Below the pieces are notes generated by a model, which ran no database searches, was not told the origin of the DNA, and worked only from the letters and a program-made list of their open reading frames with translations. Of a DNA stretch of 64,000 nt, positions 10,785 through 20,640 are shown piece after piece. How positions within the stretch are numbered: position 1 is the first letter of the stretch; every line of letters begins with the position of its first letter. The stretch lies in the IMG/VR virus record IMGVR_UViG_3300046616_000314, positions 434,001-498,000 of that record; one strand, written 5' to 3'. The position numbers and the translations under genes were made by a program.

Positions 10785-11242
10785 GAGAACATTCCAAACG
10801 GGTCGTCACCAGCGGGTTTCCACGACCAATCTTTCATGAATTCATGAGCCCAGAATTGACGATAGTCACAGTGGGGACAAGACCAGCCAGTCTTGGAAGC
10901 GACGAGATTTTCTCCATCGCCTTTCTTATGCTTTTCCTTAGTCCCGCACGTAAACGGGTGAAAGCGACCCTTGGTCTGATACTCGTTCAAGGATAGAATT
11001 TCATCTTCCTTGAAAATCGGGTGAGCATCGGAGAACGCCTCAAGTGATTGTTGGTCAGGGAATGATACCTTGACGTTAACGACATTGATGTCACCCGCAC
11101 TTGAACTGACGGTAACATATGCGTCGTCAACCGTGGCTTTGTCGGGCATGTAATTCTTGATCCAATCTTCGATGATTGCGCGCATGTCAATCGCCAAAGT
11201 GACCTGATCTCTGTTCTGAACGATGGTGTAGAATTGGGTCAT
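10781..11242 (-). CDS. Hypothetical protein with C-terminal Zn-binding motif
   Basis: HPFTCG...CPHCDYRQ; ATGA overlaps on both sides. Confidence 0.7.
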   Translation of the reverse strand: MTQFYTIVQNRDQVTLAIDMRAIIEDWIKNYMPDKATVDDAYVTVSSSAGDINVVNVKVSFPDQQSLEAFSDAHPIFKEDEILSLNEYQTKGRFHPFTCGTKEKHKKGDGENLVASKTGWSCPHCDYRQFWAHEFMKDWSWKPAGDDPFGMFS

Positions 11243-11607
11243 AATTTTAGAATCTCGATATTGGTCCCGTGACCATCGTTATTATGAGTAGTCCAGATAG
11301 AATGTTTCATCAATGGATGATCGGCAAATGCAGACTTCGTAGTTTCAAGATAGGCTTTAGCCCGCGAGGGCGGCATCTGCCCAACGTTAAGCTTGAACCA
11401 CGCGAATTCTCGTTGATCTTCATCCGAAGTGGGAGGTTCAAATTCGATAACCTCAACCGAGCATTCGGGGACGATCATGGCTTCTTTCCCGATCAGTTTG
11501 AATCGGGTGATAATTTTGTCATATCCGTCTTTGACGATAGGATTCAGCGTTCCATCTTGGTACGCGATCCATTCAGCAATCGGAAGTTTGACGAGAAAAA
11601 CGTTCAT
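11239..11607 (-). CDS. Hypothetical protein with a portal-like motif
   Basis: FKLNVGQMPPSRAKAYLE; ATGA overlaps. Confidence 0.65.
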   Translation of the reverse strand: MNVFLVKLPIAEWIAYQDGTLNPIVKDGYDKIITRFKLIGKEAMIVPECSVEVIEFEPPTSDEDQREFAWFKLNVGQMPPSRAKAYLETTKSAFADHPLMKHSIWTTHNNDGHGTNIEILKL

Positions 11608-11849
11608 TGTTTTTCGGGAAGCGGAGGAAGGGGATTGAGGCGATAGTGTTTTGCTAGCGACGCGGCTCCCCCAGAAGAGTTTTTGGAGGATTCTTCTGGG
11701 GTCACGCGCTTCATATAAAACGTCTTCGCAAATGATTGATCAAAGACGTAGAAACACTCCCAACCTTCAGCACCACGTGCATTAAGAATGGAAATGGGGT
11801 TATTTCCATTCTTAACTTGAATTTCGAGATATTCCCACGTCGTTGACAT
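11604..11849 (-). CDS. DUF4177-like small protein
   Basis: MSTTWEY...ILNARGAEGWECF...FYMKR; ATG 1 nt after the upstream stop. Confidence 0.7.
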   Translation of the reverse strand: MSTTWEYLEIQVKNGNNPISILNARGAEGWECFYVFDQSFAKTFYMKRVTPEESSKNSSGGAASLAKHYRLNPLPPLPEKQ

Positions 11850-11850
11850 C

Positions 11851-13167
11851 TTAGGCGAGAGCCTTTTGGACGATGTTGCCGTAATCAATCGTCGCGTCGA
11901 TGTTGCCGTAAACAACGACGGTCGGAACGCTTTCGACAATCGCCTTAGCCGCTGCGATCACGTCTTCCTTGGTCACGTCAGCGAAGTCTTGGGCGATTTC
12001 AGCCAGACCGCGAACTTCGCCGTTGTGGAACAGATCGGAAGCGATCTTTTGCGCCATACCGGTCGAACGATCTTCGATCTTGAAGATTTGCGTCACGACT
12101 TGGTTGCGAACGCGGTTCCAATCGGCATCAGCGATGATGCCCTTGGCAACCTTCGCCAGTTCACCAGCCGAGGATTCAAGGAATTCCGCAACCTTCGGAG
12201 CCGTGGTGGCGCCGTCGATGTAGAACAGGCTTCCTTGCGAGGACAGCGGATAGATGCCGGTTTGGACCGAATAGCAAAGCGAACGGGCTTCGCGAACTTC
12301 TTGGAACATGGGCGAGGACATGCCGCCGCCCAGCAGCAGAGCCAGCATCTTGTAGTTCAGGTGCGTCTTTTCGTACGGACCAGGGATGTACCACGAGGTA
12401 GTCACCGAGGGCTGTTCGAAGCGATCATCCACGACAGCAGCCGTGCCACCGACATATTGCACGGTTTCTTGCGGTTGTTGATTGCTGGCAGGAATGTCCG
12501 AGAAACGTTCGGCGGCTTCCTTCACGAACGTATCGTGATCGACATTACCCACACCGATCACGATCAGAGTGTCAGCGTGATAGTTGCGAGCCATGTAGTC
12601 GGTGATCATTTCGCGAGTGAACGACGCGACATTTTCGGTCGAACCCAGGATCGGACGACCAGCGGCTTGCGCCGGGAACGCGGTTCGGAACCACGTATCC
12701 ATGGCTTGCGAATCGAGTTGGTCGGCGTATTCGTTGATTTCCTGATGAACCACGATCTTTTCCGAGGCGATGTCGGCTTCGGTGAATGTGGAATTCGTCA
12801 GCACGTCGGACAGGATATCCAGGGCGACCGGAATATGCGACGCCAGACCGGTGACATGGTAGGCAGTCAGGTTGCGAGACGTGAAGGCGTTGATATCGGC
12901 GCCGATGGATTCGACTTCGTAGACGATATCCTTGGACGAACGGGCATTCGTGCCCTTGAATGCCATGTGTTCAAGGAAGTGCGAGATACCGTTTTCGGCT
13001 TCGACTTCGTTGTTGGCGCCGGTGTTGGCGAAGACAGCGACAGTGACGGTATTGATTGGCTTGGCGTATGTGGCGACGCGCAGACCATTGGGAAGGCGGC
13101 TAACCTTCACTTCGGTTGCGGTCGAAGCGAATTCTGCCAATGTGGCATTAAAATTTTTCGTAGTCAC
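11851..13167 (-). CDS. M16 family zinc peptidase (insulinase / processing-peptidase-like)
   Basis: GISHFLEHMAFKGT (HxxEH), INAFTS, GRPILG, LGGGMSSPMFQEVRE; AGGAG before a GTG start. Confidence 0.95.
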   Translation of the reverse strand: MTTKNFNATLAEFASTATEVKVSRLPNGLRVATYAKPINTVTVAVFANTGANNEVEAENGISHFLEHMAFKGTNARSSKDIVYEVESIGADINAFTSRNLTAYHVTGLASHIPVALDILSDVLTNSTFTEADIASEKIVVHQEINEYADQLDSQAMDTWFRTAFPAQAAGRPILGSTENVASFTREMITDYMARNYHADTLIVIGVGNVDHDTFVKEAAERFSDIPASNQQPQETVQYVGGTAAVVDDRFEQPSVTTSWYIPGPYEKTHLNYKMLALLLGGGMSSPMFQEVREARSLCYSVQTGIYPLSSQGSLFYIDGATTAPKVAEFLESSAGELAKVAKGIIADADWNRVRNQVVTQIFKIEDRSTGMAQKIASDLFHNGEVRGLAEIAQDFADVTKEDVIAAAKAIVESVPTVVVYGNIDATIDYGNIVQKALA

Positions 13168-13233
13168 TGAGACTCCTAACTCAAGAATGAACCCTTATCA
13201 TAGGGCTTTACGCTAATTTTCGTCAACTAAAAT

Positions 13234-13473
13234 TTAGATCGATTCACCAGCCATCAATTCGGCTTGAGCCATCCCTTCGGCGTCCGCAGCCGCATCCGTC
13301 AGCACCCGGAGGGCGTCTATAACTTGTTTTTCAGGTCCGCCATGCTGCGTCACCAGAAAATCATAGGCGGCGCGTAGCTTCACCGCCTTTTTGGCATTGT
13401 CCTTCCAATGCAAAAATTCGTCGGTGGCATGAGGCTCCAAGCCCAACCAATTAGAATCGGGTATCGTAATCAT
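13234..13473 (-). CDS. Hypothetical protein
   Basis: Short ORF in a co-oriented run; start approximate. Confidence 0.55.
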   Translation of the reverse strand: MITIPDSNWLGLEPHATDEFLHWKDNAKKAVKLRAAYDFLVTQHGGPEKQVIDALRVLTDAAADAEGMAQAELMAGESI

Positions 13474-13843
13474 CCTTGTATGGGCGAAACAGCGACAGCA
13501 GTTCCGGTTCCGACCATCCGAACGTGCGCTGCACATACTTGATAGCGAGGGCATATTCGCGGAAACGATTGTGCAGGTTGCCGTTGATCAACACGTGAAC
13601 CCAGCCACCGGGGTCCGATTCGCGCAGGGACAGTTCGTCGCCGGGGTTCAGGACAGCGGGAACCCCTTGGACCGGAGCCGGGGCGCGCAACTCCGCGCTC
13701 AGTTCGGCAGCGGCGACCAGCAGCGGATTGACCCGAACATCCGGGGAGCCGAGTTGGGCAACGAAATCGATGGCTTCGGCGAGCGTAGGCGTGTGTGTGC
13801 CAGGAAGGTCCGACCAGACGCCGTTTTGCTTAATCTGAATCAC
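13451..13843 (-). CDS. Hypothetical protein
   Basis: ORF with probable GTG start just after the upstream stop. Confidence 0.6.
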   Translation of the reverse strand: MIQIKQNGVWSDLPGTHTPTLAEAIDFVAQLGSPDVRVNPLLVAAAELSAELRAPAPVQGVPAVLNPGDELSLRESDPGGWVHVLINGNLHNRFREYALAIKYVQRTFGWSEPELLSLFRPYKDDYDTRF

Positions 13844-13845
13844 GT

Positions 13846-14280
13846 TTAGACCTTCTTCTTTTCGAGGTAATCGCTCAGAGCCATGGCGACACACAGGACG
13901 CCCACGATCAACCAGCCCGCCACGCCGCCGATGATGGCGACACGCGATGCCAGCCTATCCAGGTCAGAGAAATCGAAGCGAATGAATTCGGCGTTTTCCA
14001 GCATCCCGCCGACGATGAGCGTCAGGAACCAGCCGACAAAGCCGATGAAGAGACCGGCGAGGGGCGGTGTGAAGAAATAGAACGCGAAACCCGGCTTATC
14101 GTTGGTCGGAACTTCCTTGTAGCCCAGGCGCGAGCGAACTTGGTCCAGCAGGGCGTTGGCGGTGTCAGCCGTAGCGGATTCGACCTGAACGCGCACCTTA
14201 CCGGTCGAAGTCTCAAAATTGGCTTCGACGGTTTGTGTGGGAGCCGAGCGGCTGACCGGAACGATGATGACAGTGTTCAT
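13846..14280 (-). CDS. Hypothetical membrane protein (2 TM)
   Basis: Two long hydrophobic segments; TAATG coupling. Confidence 0.7.
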   Translation of the reverse strand: MNTVIIVPVSRSAPTQTVEANFETSTGKVRVQVESATADTANALLDQVRSRLGYKEVPTNDKPGFAFYFFTPPLAGLFIGFVGWFLTLIVGGMLENAEFIRFDFSDLDRLASRVAIIGGVAGWLIVGVLCVAMALSDYLEKKKV

Positions 14281-14639
14281 TAGAGGCACCCCGAGGCGTT
14301 GACGATCTTGTCCAGTTCGGCTTGCGAGAAGCCACCGACCGAATCAACATCATCGGTGTCCGTACCATTCAGCATGTGATGCTTGGTCGCTTCGATGATG
14401 TCGAGAATGATGCTGCAATCGCGCAGCGCGATTTGTTGCCAGAAATTATAGCGAGCGACCGAGCCGCCGAAGAAGCTGGCGATGCCGTGGCTCAAGCGCA
14501 GCGACTTCGGAGCTTTCATCAGGCGTTCTTGGATCACGAACTGAACCAGCAGCGTGGCATCCTTCAGTTCCAGATCGTAAATGTGACGAGCGACCAACTT
14601 GAGGTCTTCGATGTTGGAAGCTTTGAAACCCTGCGACAT
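14280..14639 (-). CDS. Hypothetical protein
   Basis: GAGGG RBS and an upstream TTGACA promoter-like sequence. Confidence 0.7.
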   Translation of the reverse strand: MSQGFKASNIEDLKLVARHIYDLELKDATLLVQFVIQERLMKAPKSLRLSHGIASFFGGSVARYNFWQQIALRDCSIILDIIEATKHHMLNGTDTDDVDSVGGFSQAELDKIVNASGCL

Positions 14640-14737
14640 GAAGCCCTCAAAAAATGTGTTGAATCGATATAATCAAAATACCAGAACAATCCTTTCTGTC
14701 AAGCATAAATATTAGATCGCCTATAGAGACAGAACTT

Positions 14738-15286
14738 ATGCCTATTGATCTGGATAAAATTCAGGAATCCCCACACCTTTTGGATATTCTTATTCAAATG
14801 GAAGATGTCTTGGATTCGTTGGACATTTACGTTTTTAAGAATTGGTATCGCGGCGAAGTTGTCGAGGGTCCGGTTGTGCGCCGTTATTGGCTAGACATGA
14901 CTTTGAAATACGCCAAAGACAAAATGCCAGACCCCAAGGCTGCTTATCGATTACTCAAGCACGGTGTTCGGGTAGACTTTTGGCAAGCCACCATGAACGA
15001 TGGTTCCTATACCGAAATCTCAAATCAGACTGAAGAACAGGCTGAAGAAGAAGATAAGGGCGAATCTGTGTGGATGGTTCGCATCAGCATCCCACGTCGA
15101 TTGATCACGCAAATGTCCGCTGAAGAAATGGATATGTACGACGACGACGTTGACGTTGATGACGTTGAAGACGCCAAGGACACCGGTATTGATGACGAAT
15201 CTGCCTACAAGTCCGAAGATATGCCAGGAATGGAAGATGCACCGCCCGGCGGTGAAGAACTCCCGCCTCAAGGGGGTGGTTTCTAA
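14738..15286 (+). CDS. Hypothetical protein with acidic tail, probably late
   Basis: 182-aa ORF with upstream TAAATA at 14706. Confidence 0.8.
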   Translation: MPIDLDKIQESPHLLDILIQMEDVLDSLDIYVFKNWYRGEVVEGPVVRRYWLDMTLKYAKDKMPDPKAAYRLLKHGVRVDFWQATMNDGSYTEISNQTEEQAEEEDKGESVWMVRISIPRRLITQMSAEEMDMYDDDVDVDDVEDAKDTGIDDESAYKSEDMPGMEDAPPGGEELPPQGGGF

Positions 15287-16056
15287 TGTTTAAACTCACC
15301 GAAGGTATGCGCGCGGGTGACTTGGAAGACTTGGTTCTGCCTTTGCTCACAGTTGATGAATTCGTTAGTAAGCTAGATGATGACGCTATCGTTATTGGCT
15401 TTTATGTGCATGACAAAGATGCAGCCGACGACTTGAACCGTTTCTTGCAAAAATCACCTACCCAATACCTTGACACTGACATTTCCCCTGCCCCCGATCA
15501 GCACGGTTACTACCTCGTATTCGTGGAATTGATGAATGACAACACGATTGTCAAAAATATTGAAGACATTCTTCTTGAAGTTACTCCGTTGGTCAGTATC
15601 AAGGAATGGCAAATCCGTGTTCGCGGTCAGGAAAAAATCATGCCGTTCTCAAATAAATTCCTTGCAAAATATTTCACTCGTCTGCGAAATGAAAATGTCG
15701 AGAACGCGACACATGATACGGATGCCGGTGCTAGCGGAGACGACGAGATCGTTGAATTTTTGGAAGCCAGTGACCTTCTTGGAGCAAGTATCCAGGGTGG
15801 AAAGTTGATTCTAGAGGGCGCGTACACGAGCATTGAGGCGCAAGTTGTTGGATTTGGTGCGGTTGATGATCTAATAAAGAATCATAAACTTTTGGAGACT
15901 GCACTTAGCTTTGACTTTACTGGTGCAGCAGAATCCAGACGAATCACGATTATGATGGGCGAAGGTTGGGGCTACGTCCGTGCCGGTGACTTGTCAATCC
16001 TTGAAAAAAATGATTCTGGTCAAGCTATCTTGTTGCAAAACGCACGTTTGAGATAA
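15286..16056 (+). CDS. Hypothetical protein, probably late/virion
   Basis: 256-aa ORF with TAATG coupling; N-terminal LTEG. Confidence 0.8.
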   Translation: MFKLTEGMRAGDLEDLVLPLLTVDEFVSKLDDDAIVIGFYVHDKDAADDLNRFLQKSPTQYLDTDISPAPDQHGYYLVFVELMNDNTIVKNIEDILLEVTPLVSIKEWQIRVRGQEKIMPFSNKFLAKYFTRLRNENVENATHDTDAGASGDDEIVEFLEASDLLGASIQGGKLILEGAYTSIEAQVVGFGAVDDLIKNHKLLETALSFDFTGAAESRRITIMMGEGWGYVRAGDLSILEKNDSGQAILLQNARLR

Positions 16057-16159
16057 AGTCAATAGTGAAAATTCCTAACGCATGTTAATTTTCCCCCTTC
16101 CCGCCCGACATCGATAATGCAACTATCGGGTATGTAACGAGTTGGGAGGGGATAACCCC

Positions 16160-16513
16160 GTGTCACAAGCCGACGTTTTCAATGTGCCGTGTAACTGGCG
16201 CAATATCGTACGTTGGAGCGGCTTCAAAGAAAGTGTCGTTCCGTCAGCGTACGATTTCAGTGAAATCGATCAGCGTCCTCGTGTGGCAGTCCATGACAGT
16301 GATGTTTTGTTGCGAGTCCAACGGTTGGAGCATTGCCCGACCAAGGTCCGCGATTGGCTTAAACAACACGATATTGAGCATGTCACGTTCGGGCGTTTCG
16401 AAAAGAAAGATTTAGATTGGCGCACAGATTGTGCGTTTTTGGGGGTGAATTTCCGCCTTTCGTGCGATAGCGACGCCACATTCTTCAAAATGCGATGGCG
16501 TTGCTTCTGTTAA
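16160..16513 (+). CDS. Small hypothetical protein (FxDxxDAxxFKL family)
   Basis: GGGAGGGG RBS before GTG at 16160; C-terminal LSCDSDATFFKMRW. Confidence 0.7.
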   Translation: MSQADVFNVPCNWRNIVRWSGFKESVVPSAYDFSEIDQRPRVAVHDSDVLLRVQRLEHCPTKVRDWLKQHDIEHVTFGRFEKKDLDWRTDCAFLGVNFRLSCDSDATFFKMRWRCFC

Positions 16514-16599
16514 CAGCGATTACCGAATAAAATCCATACCAAAGTAGAAGATGGCTCTCAATAAATACTTGAGGGTCATTTTTTACATTTGGGTGTGGC

Positions 16600-16854
16600 G
16601 TGGATTTCATTATGGCATTACTGGAAGGGGCGGCGAAAGCTAAGAGCGGTTCGGAAGCTCTTATCGTCGTACTCGGGCTTGGCATAGCTTATTTTTATAC
16701 TGAGAACCGCTCACTACGAGCGGATATCAAGAAAAAAGATGAGAAGATGGACAAGATCATCGATGAATATTACAAGGGTAATATGACGCTAACCGAAGCG
16801 TTGAATTCCTTGAAACTAGTCCTATACGAACTGAAGGGTAAATTCAGAGTATAA
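16600..16854 (+). CDS. Single-TM coiled-coil protein, possible holin (BhlA-like topology)
   Basis: One TM segment then a charged coiled coil; upstream TAAATA; downstream terminator. Confidence 0.5.
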   Translation: MDFIMALLEGAAKAKSGSEALIVVLGLGIAYFYTENRSLRADIKKKDEKMDKIIDEYYKGNMTLTEALNSLKLVLYELKGKFRV

Positions 16855-16856
16855 GT

Positions 16857-16887
16857 AAAGCCCCGGTGAAAACCGGGGTTTTTCTTT
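16857..16887 (+). terminator. Intrinsic terminator
   Basis: AAAGCCCCGGT-GAAA-ACCGGGGTTTTT. Confidence 0.85.
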
Positions 16888-16977
16888 ATAGCATAACTCT
16901 ACCTATACATTTAGCGTGATATAATTTCATCAGTGTCACAATAAATAAATCTAGTTACCCCGACTGAGGTTAGTGTT

Positions 16978-18117
16978 GTGATTTGGCCCTTTAACGATTG
17001 GACGAAAGCACGCGAGAAACGCGAACGCGAAATATTGCGTGATATCAAGGTACTCGAAAGCCAACACGCCCTCTTGAACGCGGCGACGGAAACAGCCGAC
17101 GCAGCAAATGTTGTTACCCACACACTTAAGCAGCGTCTTGAAGATGCTGTTCATCAATTCCAAAGCACTGCACGTATCCTAAACGACGCCCTGATCATTT
17201 GTGATGCTACGGGTGCCATTCAAGCATTTAATCCAGCCGCCGAACGTTTGTTCGGCTTGTCAGCAGACGACGTACGCTCAACGCCGATTGGTGACTTGAT
17301 TTTATCGGATTGGCTGAATCTCACTGAGAACGATGAAGGCGTAGGAAAGCACTCGTCGGGTGAATTCCTACGCCTCGATATCAACCACACCCGTCTAGAA
17401 CGTTCAGACGGAAGCCTTATCGATCTGTTCGTGCTACGTCAGCGCATGACCGAACTGGAAAATTATAAATCAGTTTTCGAAACATCCTTCGACGGCATCC
17501 TTGTCGTCAAAAATCGCATGATCGTCGCCGCCAACTCTTCCATCGGAAAATTGTTCGGTTACGAAATTGACGATCTGCTTTCGAAGAACGTTGATATTCT
17601 TATCGCAGAGAAAGACCGGATGCTCTTGGGCGACCACATTGTCAACAGCAAGCTTCAAGGAACCCACCACGACGGCGGCAACCTGAACGTCTATTTCGCT
17701 GCGACACCGATCAAATGGGACTCCGAACCGGCGAGCCTCATTACGATCAAAAAGATTGCGGAAAGCCGCATGACCGCTCCTAGCTCACGTTTGATTTGTG
17801 GCTTCGGAGAAGATTTCAAAATCACTTTTGCTAACGCCGCGTTCGCGAAGCATTACAATGTCCAAAAGACCGATCTGCCAGGGATGGATATCCGAACCCT
17901 TCTCCCCGACAACGAGTGTGATCCATTCCTGATTCACATTTCCAGCCTCACTCCCGAAGAACCTAGCCGTAGAATGCAGCTTCAAACGAATGCCGCTGAC
18001 GGTACGTCTCGTTTACATGAGTGGACAGATTACGCCACGTTCGATGAAGATGGCGTAGAATATCAGCGCATCGGCAAAGATATTTCCAAGCGTTTCAATA
18101 CCAAAGATAATTTTTAA
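16978..18117 (+). CDS. Multi-PAS-domain protein with no output domain
   Basis: Three PAS-like segments: DALIICDATGAIQAFNPAAERLFG, FETSFDGILVV...ANSSIGKLFGY, ICGFGEDFKITFANAAF. Confidence 0.85.
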   Translation: MIWPFNDWTKAREKREREILRDIKVLESQHALLNAATETADAANVVTHTLKQRLEDAVHQFQSTARILNDALIICDATGAIQAFNPAAERLFGLSADDVRSTPIGDLILSDWLNLTENDEGVGKHSSGEFLRLDINHTRLERSDGSLIDLFVLRQRMTELENYKSVFETSFDGILVVKNRMIVAANSSIGKLFGYEIDDLLSKNVDILIAEKDRMLLGDHIVNSKLQGTHHDGGNLNVYFAATPIKWDSEPASLITIKKIAESRMTAPSSRLICGFGEDFKITFANAAFAKHYNVQKTDLPGMDIRTLLPDNECDPFLIHISSLTPEEPSRRMQLQTNAADGTSRLHEWTDYATFDEDGVEYQRIGKDISKRFNTKDNF

Positions 18118-18730
18118 TCTTTAGCAATGCTTCCTGCATAGCTATGTCTTCCATAGCATTGAACTTATCGATGACATGACGCTGATTACCTACGCCCAGT
18201 GGGCGATTAGGTCTTTCGTACATCCACCAATTATACAAAGTTCTAAACACCTTGGCGTCTTCAACTTCGAATATATCCTTCAGACCTTCTTCACACTGAA
18301 TTTCGAGATCAGCGAGTTTCTTGGTCGGAACCTTTAGTTTATTGCGTCGAACGTGGTTCAAGCCGATGTCGTGATAGAAATCAACAAACATATCGAAGCT
18401 GAAATGCATGATGCGTTCGGGAAAGCGTACCTCATATGGGTATTTTTTCCACGAAAGCGATTTCGCTTCGTAGATATCTTGGCGGTCAATAAATCTAAGT
18501 TTGGTAGATTCGGCGCGCAACTTGAACCGATACAACCATCTGCTACATCCGATGGGTAGTTCATGTTCTAGGAAATAGCGAATCGGGAACTGGCGTTTGA
18601 CACGTCGGTTGTAAGTCTTCCACTGTGTGGTTGTCGCCATAGAGAACGTGCGAAGTCTTTTCTTAAAAAAGAAAAGCATCTTCCCATCGGCTTCTCTGAG
18701 ATAAAGAAAACTTCTAGCCATTATCGACAA
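18095..18730 (-). CDS. Hypothetical protein
   Basis: ORF in a co-oriented run; start uncertain. Confidence 0.6.
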   Translation of the reverse strand: MSIMARSFLYLREADGKMLFFFKKRLRTFSMATTTQWKTYNRRVKRQFPIRYFLEHELPIGCSRWLYRFKLRAESTKLRFIDRQDIYEAKSLSWKKYPYEVRFPERIMHFSFDMFVDFYHDIGLNHVRRNKLKVPTKKLADLEIQCEEGLKDIFEVEDAKVFRTLYNWWMYERPNRPLGVGNQRHVIDKFNAMEDIAMQEALLKIKNYLWY

Positions 18731-19145
18731 CCACGAAATTCGGACCTTCTAACCGAAGGGTCACGCTTTTAGCCCCTTCGGAAATATTCGTTCTGGTGTA
18801 ATCTCGACCGCCGTCTACCGAAACGGTTTCATCTTCTGATGCTCGATAGTCGTGGCGATAACGAGAGAAAATGATTTCGCCATTGGCAGCTTGAGCACCA
18901 TACCAATCTCCCAAGACGCTCATGGCATCGCAGAAGAAAGCATTGCCGCCTTCTAGATAATATCCAAAATAGTGCTGATTCCCAGGTTTCGGATTGGGAT
19001 GCCAGAATACAGAGATCGGAATATCAGTCCAGGCACCGTGCTTGTTCTTCAGACACAGGTCAGCAACGTATTGACCGCCCGTGTGTCGCTCAACCTTGGC
19101 TACGTCTACGTTCGTTTCTTTGAAGCCAAGGTTGATCCAACGCAT
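18714..19145 (-). CDS. Conserved phage hypothetical protein
   Basis: SRYRHDY...VSVDGGRDY motif, familiar from T4-like phages. Confidence 0.7.
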   Translation of the reverse strand: MRWINLGFKETNVDVAKVERHTGGQYVADLCLKNKHGAWTDIPISVFWHPNPKPGNQHYFGYYLEGGNAFFCDAMSVLGDWYGAQAANGEIIFSRYRHDYRASEDETVSVDGGRDYTRTNISEGAKSVTLRLEGPNFVVVDNG

Positions 19146-19393
19146 TATTGGTAAGAGCCGCCGTCTACTTTGAATTCCATATTCGTCAAATCTTGCAATA
19201 TTTTTAGCTGTTCGACAAGCTTTAAATTTCGTGCAAGCAATTGCCCGATTGCGGAAGCCAGTTCGTAGCCTTCCGGCATGGGAACCTTGATCTCTTTGGA
19301 ACCCAGGCGGGAGGCTTGGCGGGCGCGGGTCATGAACGACTCGACAACCGAGAAATCGATATTATCGGTAGGGGGCTTTGAGGTAGGCGGCAT
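19145..19393 (-). CDS. Hypothetical protein
   Basis: 82-aa ORF ending DGGSY, overlapping the RNase H gene. Confidence 0.65.
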   Translation of the reverse strand: MPPTSKPPTDNIDFSVVESFMTRARQASRLGSKEIKVPMPEGYELASAIGQLLARNLKLVEQLKILQDLTNMEFKVDGGSYQ

Positions 19394-20579
19394 GATCGTG
19401 CGCTTCTTTGGTTAGGTTGGGTAGTTGATTGCGATCACAGAATCGCATGAAGTGAATGCCGACGTTGCCGATGGCGCCTTTTTCAATCGCCGCCATGATC
19501 GTTTCATCCATCATGGTAATGACATCATCAGGTTGCTTGGACAGATCAATCAACAATTCATTGAATCGATATTGATCCAGCACCCGAACTTGTTCGGTAA
19601 TCGGCTGTCCATCGGGAGTTGTTTCGACCAGCTTTTCCCAACGTTGGAGCATGAAATTGTTCCAGTTGAAACCTTGCGTCTTGCGATCTTCCCAGGCTTC
19701 TTGGATGCCAACCTTGGACTTAGATGTCCAACGCACGCCAGGATACGCCGAGAAAATACCGTCGCCAGTATCACCACGGATGAGCTTGACGAACAGAGCT
19801 AGGCGCCACCATTCCGGTTCAGGGGTGAAATCGTACTCGACCCATTCGTAAGTAGACGGGACGAAAATTTGCGGAACGTACTCAGGATCATCATTCTTCT
19901 TGGACTTTTCCGAAGCTGCAAATGACACGCCACGGGCTTTTTCGGAGGCAATGTGAGCCTTCTCAAGTTCCTTTTGAGCCTTGTCGTGCTTCTTCTTCAT
20001 TTCCTCGATAGTGCCAGGAACTTTGATCTTGCCATCGCTAGGGTTCACGTGGAATTCCATCGGCGTACCCTTACCATCGAAGACACCATCTTGTGTCAGC
20101 AGGCGGTCATCAACGCCGTTGTAGATCGACACGTTAGGAGCGATCAGTTGAACGAAATCGCTATCGCCTGACAGGATGATATGGTCATCATCCTTATGGA
20201 CCTGAATCCATCGTGCAACGAAATCATCGCCTTCCACCTTCGGGTGGTGCAGGACGGTACAGCGGGTCTTGTCCTTGAGGAATTCGGTGAAGTCATTCAG
20301 CACCGAGAAGAAAGCTTCGTCTTCTTCTTTATCGGCGGTGCTCTTGGACATACGGTCCAGGCGACGCTTTCCCTTGTATTGTGGGAAGACATCGTATCGC
20401 CAGCTTTTGCCTTCAACGCAGAACACCATGTGATCGACTTGATAATCACGGTGTAGTTTGCGGAGGCTGCGGAATACGATATGGAGGGACATGCCTGCTT
20501 TCATGAAAGCATCACCACGAACGACGTGGCGAGCGCGGTGAAAGAGATTGGCAATGTCGATAATTGCGTAACGAGCCAT
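19362..20579 (-). CDS. rnh: T4-type RNase H / 5'-3' flap exonuclease
   Basis: IIDIANLF, SWRYDVFPQYKGKR, EGDD, ILSGDSDFVQL, IRGDTGDGI, NELLIDL. Confidence 0.9.
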   Translation of the reverse strand: MARYAIIDIANLFHRARHVVRGDAFMKAGMSLHIVFRSLRKLHRDYQVDHMVFCVEGKSWRYDVFPQYKGKRRLDRMSKSTADKEEDEAFFSVLNDFTEFLKDKTRCTVLHHPKVEGDDFVARWIQVHKDDDHIILSGDSDFVQLIAPNVSIYNGVDDRLLTQDGVFDGKGTPMEFHVNPSDGKIKVPGTIEEMKKKHDKAQKELEKAHIASEKARGVSFAASEKSKKNDDPEYVPQIFVPSTYEWVEYDFTPEPEWWRLALFVKLIRGDTGDGIFSAYPGVRWTSKSKVGIQEAWEDRKTQGFNWNNFMLQRWEKLVETTPDGQPITEQVRVLDQYRFNELLIDLSKQPDDVITMMDETIMAAIEKGAIGNVGIHFMRFCDRNQLPNLTKEAHDHAAYLKAPYR

Positions 20580-20640
20580 CTAAAAATCCTAAATCAATAA
20601 CTGATTTTAGAATCTTTAGATGGCATTTACCATAATTTTC

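Noticed and set aside
11866-13170. 434-aa plus-strand ORF antisense to the M16 peptidase (similar long shadows at 35799-37217, 50183-51277, 51635-52885 and 61892-62779)
   Set aside because: These are mirror-frame ORFs caused by strong codon bias of the real gene; they show no motifs or RBS
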